From the NCBI GenBank assembly GCA_965204735.1, contig OZ242008.1, positions 2,464,001-2,528,000 on the forward strand: a DNA stretch of 64,000 nt, read 5' to 3'. Positions within the stretch are counted from its first letter, which is position 1; each line of letters starts with the position of its first letter. The notes below the pieces were generated by a model. That model saw nothing but the letters and a program-made list of their open reading frames with translations, was not told the DNA's origin and ran no database searches. Positions 57,631-64,000 of the stretch are shown here, one piece after another. Both the position numbers and the translations under genes were made by a program. The stretch comes from Longimicrobiales bacterium. Lineage in GTDB: Bacteria; Gemmatimonadota; Gemmatimonadetes; Longimicrobiales; Gaopeijiaceae.

Positions 57631-59463
57631 ATGTGGCAGACCGAGTGGCAACGACCGCCCGCTGGTCCGACGCCCTACGTGCGCGACCGACGAGACTCCG
57701 CCCTTCGACCCTGGCACGTGGACATGGCTTCCGTGCTTCTGTGGGAGGAACACTGCGTCGAGTGCGCCGTCCCGGAGTGCTACGCCGTCTGCCCCTTGTA
57801 CGTTGCGCGAGAGGATCGGCAGTGCGCGCGGTTCAGGTACGGCATCTGCCCCGATCCCGCCTTCTCGGGACTCTTCCCGTTCGGGGCGCGAATCTCCTTC
57901 CGACGGTGGGGCAAGCTGGAGGCGCGCATCGCCCCCGGCGGCATGTCGCCCCGCCTGCTGGCCTGGGCCGCCGGCCTGGATCGAGCAATCTTGAAGCCCC
58001 TCACGTCGCTCTCTCGGCTGATGCGTCCGTTGAACCCGCAGATGAAGCTTAACCGGGGCTACCGCAAGCTCCGCGAACGAGCGCTGCACCAACTCGGCCG
58101 GTGGCGGTTTCGACACGACATCGCCGATTTCGACGATCTTGTCGTAGAGGCTTGGAACGAGTCCGACCGCTCGGTGCGAATGGTGCTGGAGTGCCATGAA
58201 GACCGTCGCGTCAGGCATCGAAGCGCGTTTTCCCTCCACAGCGGACACAACTTGGTTCGCATTCCGGCCAGGGAGTTCGAGCTGGACGGCGAGTCGCCCT
58301 TTCGAATGCAGTTGTATCCCGACGCAGACCGGGAATGCGAAGTCGTCTTTACTTGGCTCGACTTCGTAAAGTACACCCTCCACGCCCGGACGCACCTCCG
58401 TCCCGCCGACAAGGTGAAGTGCGTCGTCTGGGACTTGGACGGCACGCTTTGGGACGGAACGCTGGCGGAGGACGGTCCGGACGCCGTCTCGCCACGAGGC
58501 GAGGTCTTGGAGCTGATTCGTCGGCTGGACGAGCGCGGGATCGTGCAAAGCGTCGCCAGCAAGAACGACCACGAATCGGCGTGGCAGAAGATCACCAGCC
58601 TGCGCCTGGAGGAGTACTTGCTGTTCCCGGCGATCAACTGGGAGCCCAAGAGCCGCAACATTCCGAAGATAGCGAAGCAGTTCGACATCGGTCTCGACAC
58701 CATTGCGTTCATCGACGACTCTCCGGCCGAGCGCGCGGAAGTCGTCAACGAACTCCCTCACGTGCGAGCGTACGCCGAGACCGACGTCGCAACCCTCCTC
58801 GACCGCGCCGAGTTCGACGTTCCCGTCACCGACGCCAGCCGCCTCCGAAGAAGGTCCTACGTTGCCGAGGCGCGCAGACGAACGGAGTCCACGCGCTTCA
58901 GCGACGACCCGGACGATTTCTTGGCGCAGTGCAGGCTCGTGGCCACCATCTTCCGCCCCCGGCTGGAACGCGACAAGACGCGCTGCCTGGAGCTCCTCCA
59001 TCGTTCGAACCAGCTCAACCTTGCCACTCGCCGATACACGGAAGACGAGTTCCTGGCGTTGCTGGCCGACCCACGGATGTCGATCTTCGCCCTCCGATGC
59101 CGAGACCGATATGGAGACTACGGGCTTGTCGGCGTGGTGGCCGTGAGACGAGACGACGATGCTCCGATGCTGCTCGACTTCGTGATGTCGTGCCGCGTCG
59201 CGCACAAGAGGGTGGAGCATGCCGTCGTCGGCTGGCTTCAAGAACACTTCGCGGCGGGCGAGTCGCGCGCTCGAATCAGGGCAGTGTTCCACGCCACGCC
59301 GCGCAATGGCAAGCTTTGGGAGGTCCTGGTCGAAATCGGATTCAAGGTCGTGGAGAAGGGCGACAAGCATGTGCGAATCGAGTTGTCGGCCCAACATGCA
59401 CCCCCTAGGTCGGGGATCGTTCGGGTAGAGCATGAGGACGCCGGTACTTGTCGTCGCGGATGA
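57631..59463 (+). CDS. FkbH-like HAD-IIIC phosphatase/glyceryl transferase with N-terminal Cys-rich domain
   Basis: KCVVWDLDGTLW, ASKN, INWEPKS, FIDDSPAER, RSNQLNL, DRYGDYG, MSCRV; N-terminal CVECAVPECYAVCP. Confidence 0.9.
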   Translation: MWQTEWQRPPAGPTPYVRDRRDSALRPWHVDMASVLLWEEHCVECAVPECYAVCPLYVAREDRQCARFRYGICPDPAFSGLFPFGARISFRRWGKLEARIAPGGMSPRLLAWAAGLDRAILKPLTSLSRLMRPLNPQMKLNRGYRKLRERALHQLGRWRFRHDIADFDDLVVEAWNESDRSVRMVLECHEDRRVRHRSAFSLHSGHNLVRIPAREFELDGESPFRMQLYPDADRECEVVFTWLDFVKYTLHARTHLRPADKVKCVVWDLDGTLWDGTLAEDGPDAVSPRGEVLELIRRLDERGIVQSVASKNDHESAWQKITSLRLEEYLLFPAINWEPKSRNIPKIAKQFDIGLDTIAFIDDSPAERAEVVNELPHVRAYAETDVATLLDRAEFDVPVTDASRLRRRSYVAEARRRTESTRFSDDPDDFLAQCRLVATIFRPRLERDKTRCLELLHRSNQLNLATRRYTEDEFLALLADPRMSIFALRCRDRYGDYGLVGVVAVRRDDDAPMLLDFVMSCRVAHKRVEHAVVGWLQEHFAAGESRARIRAVFHATPRNGKLWEVLVEIGFKVVEKGDKHVRIELSAQHAPPRSGIVRVEHEDAGTCRRG

Positions 59464-60250
59464 CTTCGGTCTGTCCGCCGGAGTAAACAAGGGCGTCGTC
59501 GCGGCGTTCGAAGCCGGCATGCTCTCGGGCGCGTCGCTCATCGTCAACATGCCGGGCTTCGAGGAGGCGTGCAGGCTCGCGCGGCGACATGGGCTCCAAG
59601 ACAAGATTGGTCTTCATGTCAACTTGGCCGAGGGAACGCCGCTGACGGAGCCCATACGGAGCCATGCGAAGTTCTGTCGCGACGGCGTCTTTGCGTGGCC
59701 GCGGCGTCCGTGCTTCTCGCTGACGAATCGGGAGCGAGAGGCCGTGGCCGTCGAGTGCGAAGCCCAGTATCGCCGATATCGGGAAGCTGGCATGCGTCCC
59801 TTGCGGCTGGACTCGCATCGGCACATTCACAAGCACTGGCCGGTTGCGACGATTCTCCTTCGGCTGTCAAGGCCGTGGGGCGTACCGTCGGTGCGGCTGT
59901 CGGTCAATGCGGGCGCACGGCCCTGGTGGCACCCGAACCGACTGTACGGGACGGCGTTCAACGCCCGGTTGCGGCTGAGGCGGATGGCGGACACGAGGTA
60001 CTTCGGAGACATCGACGACGTGCGTTCGCTGTTGGGCAAGACGGCGCGCCGGGTCGAGATCATGGTCCATCCCTACATGGACCGCCGTCGCCGGCTTCAC
60101 AACCTCTTCGGCGCCCAGAGGCGAAGCCTTCGGGCCGATCTGGACGCCGTCAAGGACCAGGTCGTCGTCCTGCCGGACCTCGAGCAGGGCCGTCGGCGGC
60201 GGGGGCCGCCGCTTTGGCGCCGGTGTGAATTGCCGCGATTCCGCCGGTGA
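59432..60250 (+). CDS. ChbG/HpnK (YdjC) family carbohydrate deacetylase
   Basis: ADDFGLS, GLHVNL, LDSHRHIH, EIMVHP. Confidence 0.9.
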   Translation: MRTPVLVVADDFGLSAGVNKGVVAAFEAGMLSGASLIVNMPGFEEACRLARRHGLQDKIGLHVNLAEGTPLTEPIRSHAKFCRDGVFAWPRRPCFSLTNREREAVAVECEAQYRRYREAGMRPLRLDSHRHIHKHWPVATILLRLSRPWGVPSVRLSVNAGARPWWHPNRLYGTAFNARLRLRRMADTRYFGDIDDVRSLLGKTARRVEIMVHPYMDRRRRLHNLFGAQRRSLRADLDAVKDQVVVLPDLEQGRRRRGPPLWRRCELPRFRR

Positions 60251-60938
60251 GCGCCGACCAGCGCACGGCTTCGAAGCCGGCCTCCTTCATCCGTTCGGCC
60301 AGGGCCTCCGGCCCAGGGAAGCCCTTCACGGACTCGGGCAGGTAGGTGTAGGCCCAGCGGTGGCCCGAAACCACCCGTCCCACCCAAGGCAGGACATGGT
60401 GGAAGTAGAGCAGGTAGGCGGCCCGCAGGACGCGGCCCGGCGGCGTGGCGAACTCGAGCACGACCAAGCGTCCCCCGGGCGCGAGCACGCGTCGCAGCTC
60501 CCTCAGCCCCGCGCCCAAGTCCGACAGGTTGCGCACCCCGAAGCCGACGGTGGCGCCGGCGAAGCAACCGTCCGGAAAGGGCATCCGCTCGACGTCGGCG
60601 CACAGCGGCCGGACCCGTGAGCCTCTCGTCTTGAAGAGCCCGCGAGCGAGCATGGGGAAGGCGAAGTCGGCGCCGACCGCTCGGCCGCGAAAGCCGGACT
60701 GCCGGGCCAGCTCCAACGACAGGTCGAAGGTCCCGGCACAGGCGTCCAGGTAGGTCCCGGCGGGGTCGCGCTCCCACTGCAGCTCGGCCACGGCGCGACG
60801 GCGCCACCGCTTGTCCACGTTCAGGCTGAGCACGTGGTTGAGCAGGTCGTAGCGCGGCGCGATCTCGCTGAAGAGGGTCCGGACCCGCGCCGCTCGGGCG
60901 CGGCGCTGGGCGGGAGCTGCGTCTGGCGAACCTTCCAA
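60150..60938 (-). CDS. ubiE: UbiE/MenG quinone biosynthesis C-methyltransferase
   Basis: IAPRYDLLNHVLS, DACAGTFDL, FGVRN, LAPGGRLVVLEF, AYTYLPESV. TTG start 60938 after an AGGAG RBS. Confidence 0.92.
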   Translation of the reverse strand: MEGSPDAAPAQRRARAARVRTLFSEIAPRYDLLNHVLSLNVDKRWRRRAVAELQWERDPAGTYLDACAGTFDLSLELARQSGFRGRAVGADFAFPMLARGLFKTRGSRVRPLCADVERMPFPDGCFAGATVGFGVRNLSDLGAGLRELRRVLAPGGRLVVLEFATPPGRVLRAAYLLYFHHVLPWVGRVVSGHRWAYTYLPESVKGFPGPEALAERMKEAGFEAVRWSALTGGIAAIHTGAKAAAPAADGPARGPAGRRPGP

Positions 60939-61040
60939 CGGCGACTCCTGACGGAAGCGGGAAGCGTCGGCCGAACCAGCGGGCCGAGAAGTGCGGAGGG
61001 AACTACAAGATAGAAGGCGCTTCCGAGAAACGGCGTAGAG

Positions 61041-61088
61041 CTTGAAGAGCGGCGCCCCCCTTCGCTTGAAGAGCGGCGGACCCCTTCG
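61041..61088. repeat. 24-bp tandem repeat x2 in the divergent ubiE/sigma intergenic region
   Basis: cttgaagagcggcgccccccttcg cttgaagagcggcggaccccttcg. Confidence 0.85.
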
Positions 61089-61106
61089 GGAGTGGTACCT
61101 TTGCCC

Positions 61107-61703
61107 ATGGACACTTCGGTTCCCAGCGACCAGGCGCTGGCGGCCCAGGCGGCCGCGGGGCGCCAAAGCGCTTTCCGCGAGCTCCTCTCCCGCTACGAGA
61201 AGCCCGTCTTCGCCCTGGTGTACCGCATGGTTCGGGACCGCGCGCTGGCCGAGGACTTGGCCCAGGAGACCTTCATCAGGGCCTTCAGCGCCATCGGCAG
61301 CTACAACCCCCGCTACAAGTTCTCGAGCTGGATATTCAAGATCGCCAACAACCTGACGATCGACCACCTGCGCAGGAAGCGCCTGGACACGGTCTCCATC
61401 CACGGCGCGCCCCACGCCGTCACGGAAGACGAGCAGGCCCGCACCAGCTTGGACCTGGAGTCGCCCGACGAGCGCCCCGACACCTACGTGGAGAACCGCG
61501 AGCTGGGCAGCGAGATCGAAGCCGCCATCGGCCAGCTGCGGCCGGAGTACAAGAGCGTCACCATTCTGCGCCATGTGGAGGGCTATTCCTACAAGGAGAT
61601 CGCCGAGATCATGGAGTTGCCCCTTGGGACCGTGAAGACCTACATACACAGGGCGCGTCTGGAGCTTCAAGAGGCCCTTTCCCATCTGGATCCCAGGCGA
61701 TGA
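61107..61703 (+). CDS. ECF RNA polymerase sigma factor (SigW/RpoE-like)
   Basis: AEDLAQETFIRA, KFSSWIFKIANNLTIDHLR, SYKEIAEIMELPLGTVKTYIHRAR. Confidence 0.95.
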   Translation: MDTSVPSDQALAAQAAAGRQSAFRELLSRYEKPVFALVYRMVRDRALAEDLAQETFIRAFSAIGSYNPRYKFSSWIFKIANNLTIDHLRRKRLDTVSIHGAPHAVTEDEQARTSLDLESPDERPDTYVENRELGSEIEAAIGQLRPEYKSVTILRHVEGYSYKEIAEIMELPLGTVKTYIHRARLELQEALSHLDPRR

Positions 61704-61731
61704 GGAAGCCCCCCAAGCCGCTTCGCCGACG

Positions 61732-61758
61732 TGAAACCCTGCGCCCACGCCGGGCGTA
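61732..61758 (+). promoter_or_regulatory. SigW-type ECF promoter
   Basis: TGAAAC-N17-CGTA between the sigma and anti-sigma genes. Confidence 0.6.
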
Positions 61759-61787
61759 GAGGGCTCAACCCGAGCAGGAGCCCCGTG

Positions 61788-62750
61788 GTGAACGCAGTCA
61801 ACCGACAACCGAGCCCGCCGAGCGCGTCGGCCGAAAGGGCGTTCGCGTACCTGGACGGCGAACTCGACGCGGAGGAGCGCTCCGCCTTCGAGGCCGACGT
61901 GAAGCGGGACTCGGCCCTGGCCGCCGAACTCGCGGCCGCCCGCGCGTTCCTTCGGGCGATGGGAACGCTGCGCGAGCTCTCGCCGTCGCCGGACTTCGCG
62001 GTGCGCACCATGGCCCGCTTCCGCCTTCCGGCCTCGCCCTGGGCCCGCTTTTGGAGTTGGATGGCGGGCAGCGACCACGGGGTTGCCCGCAACCCGCTGG
62101 CCGCCTTGGTGGAAGGCGAGCTCTCGCGACGGCAGGCCGCGTGGATGACGGCCTACGTCGCGTCGGACCCGAAGGCGGCCGCCTCCCTGGCGGCATGGAA
62201 GCGCCTCCACCAGCGCCTGGAACGCCTCCCGGCGCTGGAGCCCGCGCCGGGGTTCCCCTTCAGGGTCATGGCGCGAGTCCCCGCCGCTCGTGCCCGCACG
62301 CCCGCCGCTCGCGCGCTGGCCGGCCGCTCTTGGGCCGCCGCGGTCGCCGACTGGACGACGAAGGCGCTGCCGCGCCGTCAGGAGCGCTTGGCCGCCGCGT
62401 CGGGAGTCGCGTTCGGACCGGTCGCCGCAGTGGCCGCCGTCGCCTGGGTCGTGTTCTCGAACCCGCTGGTGACCTTCTCCGTCGTGGCCTCGTTCGCCAC
62501 GGCCAAGATCGACGCGGTCTTCGGGCTCGCAGGCGCCTTCGTCGGCGACTTGGCGACCAGCACGGCCCGCAGCTGGACCGCCGGCCTGTGGAACTCGGGC
62601 TCCCAAGGCCTCTTGGACGGCGCGACGGCCGCGGCTCCGACTGTCGCGGCGGGACTTGCGGCCTTCGCCGCGCTCTCGTTCGCGTCGGCATGGGTCCTGT
62701 ACAAGAACGTCAAGGTTTGGGGAACGGAGAGACTTCATGCGCCTGCATAG
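61788..62750 (+). CDS. Putative transmembrane anti-sigma factor with duplicated ASD-like N-terminal region
   Basis: AYLDGELD...PSPDFAVRTMAR, repeated as ALVEGELS...PAPGFPFRVMAR; TM segments. GTG start after AGGAG. Confidence 0.75.
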   Translation: MNAVNRQPSPPSASAERAFAYLDGELDAEERSAFEADVKRDSALAAELAAARAFLRAMGTLRELSPSPDFAVRTMARFRLPASPWARFWSWMAGSDHGVARNPLAALVEGELSRRQAAWMTAYVASDPKAAASLAAWKRLHQRLERLPALEPAPGFPFRVMARVPAARARTPAARALAGRSWAAAVADWTTKALPRRQERLAAASGVAFGPVAAVAAVAWVVFSNPLVTFSVVASFATAKIDAVFGLAGAFVGDLATSTARSWTAGLWNSGSQGLLDGATAAAPTVAAGLAAFAALSFASAWVLYKNVKVWGTERLHAPA

Positions 62751-64000
62751 CCCGACTGGCCAGGCCGCCTGCGTCGCGAGCCTGCTCTTTGCTCCACCCA
62801 TGGCGGTCGACGGACAGCAAAGGCCGATCGTGGCCAACCGCGTGGAGGTCTCGTCCCGCGCCGCCTCCCTGCACCTCGAGTTCTCCGGCGGCGACCAACT
62901 GGAGATCGACTTCTCGGACGGCGTCGCCACCGCCAACGGCTCTCTCCTTGGCCGCTACGAACGAGGGGACGCTGTCGACCGCGCGTGGCGAGAGCTGCTG
63001 GAGGCAGCTGTCCCGCTGAGCGCCGAAGCTCTGGCCCGCGCGCTGGCCCGCTGGCGGCCGGACGAACTGCCGGAAACCGATCGGGCAATACTGGCCGACG
63101 TGGACCGGTTGCTGGAAAGAGCGCTCGCGGAGGCGACCGGGGACAGAGCGCCGAGCCGCGATCCGGCCCCCGCCTGGGAACGCCTCCAGGACCGGGACGA
63201 GGATCGGGCTCGGGCGATGCTTGGCTTCATGCTCAGGCACGGACACGTCCCCGGGCTCGGGGCGGCGGAACTGGACATGGAGTCCCTCGTGTTCGCCGTC
63301 GGCGAGGACCGGGTGGTTCCGCAAGGCGCTTCCGTGAACGGCAGCGTTCTCGTCGCCGACGGCGACTTGAGCGTGCGCGGGCGCATCCGCGGACACGCCA
63401 TCGTGGTCGACGGGACGGTCCGGCTGGAAGAGGGAGGACGGGTGGACGGGGACGTGCGCCTCGTGGACGCCGAGCTCGAGCATCGGGGCGGCTCGCTGCT
63501 GGGCCAAGTGATCCAAGTGCCGCGCGGGGGCGACGGCCGGGGAGCGGTCGAGGCGGGGCCGCTGCACGACCGGAGGGAAGCACGGCGCGACGACCGCGGG
63601 TGGGAGTTGGCCTCGCGCATCGTCGACGCGACGAAGGGCGTCCTCGAAGCTGCCCTTTCCTTCCTGTTCCTGGCTTGCTTGGCCCTGCTCTCGACCCGGC
63701 TTGCGGGAGACCGAGTGGACGCCGTGGCCCAGGTCGTCGGGACAAACCCGGCCCGAAGCGCCGCCGTCGGGTTCGCCGGAAGCTTCCTCGTCCTTCCCCT
63801 CTACGTGCTGGGCGTCGTGGTACTGGCCGTCACCATCGTGGGCATTCCGGTCCTGCTGGCCTGGGTGCCCCTCTACCCGGTCGTGGTGGCGGCGGCGGGC
63901 GCGGTGGGCTACGTGGCGGCCAGCGGCCATGTCGGCCGATGGGTCCTCAAGCAGGAGATCTCCAAGCTCGAAAGAGTGGACCGGCACAATCCAGTCCACG
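62737..64000 (+). CDS. Membrane protein with bactofilin-like beta-helix repeats; runs off the right edge
   Basis: Not in the ORF track. From ATG 62737: ...VNGSVLVADGDLSVRGRIRGHAIVVDGTVRLEEGGRVDGDV..., then TMs (LAVTIVGIPVLL). Confidence 0.75.
   Translation, partial: MRLHSPTGQAACVASLLFAPPMAVDGQQRPIVANRVEVSSRAASLHLEFSGGDQLEIDFSDGVATANGSLLGRYERGDAVDRAWRELLEAAVPLSAEALARALARWRPDELPETDRAILADVDRLLERALAEATGDRAPSRDPAPAWERLQDRDEDRARAMLGFMLRHGHVPGLGAAELDMESLVFAVGEDRVVPQGASVNGSVLVADGDLSVRGRIRGHAIVVDGTVRLEEGGRVDGDVRLVDAELEHRGGSLLGQVIQVPRGGDGRGAVEAGPLHDRREARRDDRGWELASRIVDATKGVLEAALSFLFLACLALLSTRLAGDRVDAVAQVVGTNPARSAAVGFAGSFLVLPLYVLGVVVLAVTIVGIPVLLAWVPLYPVVVAAAGAVGYVAASGHVGRWVLKQEISKLERVDRHNPVH

Overview
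Very GC-rich bacterial chromosome segment. Gene order and lineage-type hypothetical proteins suggest Gemmatimonadota, but this is an inference. Most of the window is housekeeping: ispE, pdxJ, hflX, rarA, a CCA-adding enzyme, alaS, recA, ccmEF/ABCD, glpK, maf, dtd, glmS, glmM, purD, mutM, an M16 peptidase pair, ubiE/menG and an ECF sigma/anti-sigma locus. The main accessory region is a ~13.5 kb minus-strand defence island (2.8-16.3 kb) directly 3' of tRNA-Gln(TTG). It encodes an AAA_14/DUF4143 ATPase, a NERD nuclease + pseudokinase + kinase + DndF-like ATPase protein, a DndG-like protein, a 1703-aa DndH-like PD-(D/E)xK + HerA-type ATPase, and a Fic protein. The middle three resemble the MAD6-7-8 / DndFGH restriction module, but the island has no modification genes. 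About 3 kb away, a lone compact N6-adenine methyltransferase with a PglX-like target-recognition domain is inserted between hflX and pdxJ. Other points of interest: an FkbH-type enzyme with an N-terminal ferredoxin-like Cys motif, a doubly fused arsenosugar-associated cluster lacking arsS/arsM, a probable ATC start for hflX, a CxxxY CcmE, and many short tandem duplications. All family calls come from motif recognition by eye; no searches were run.
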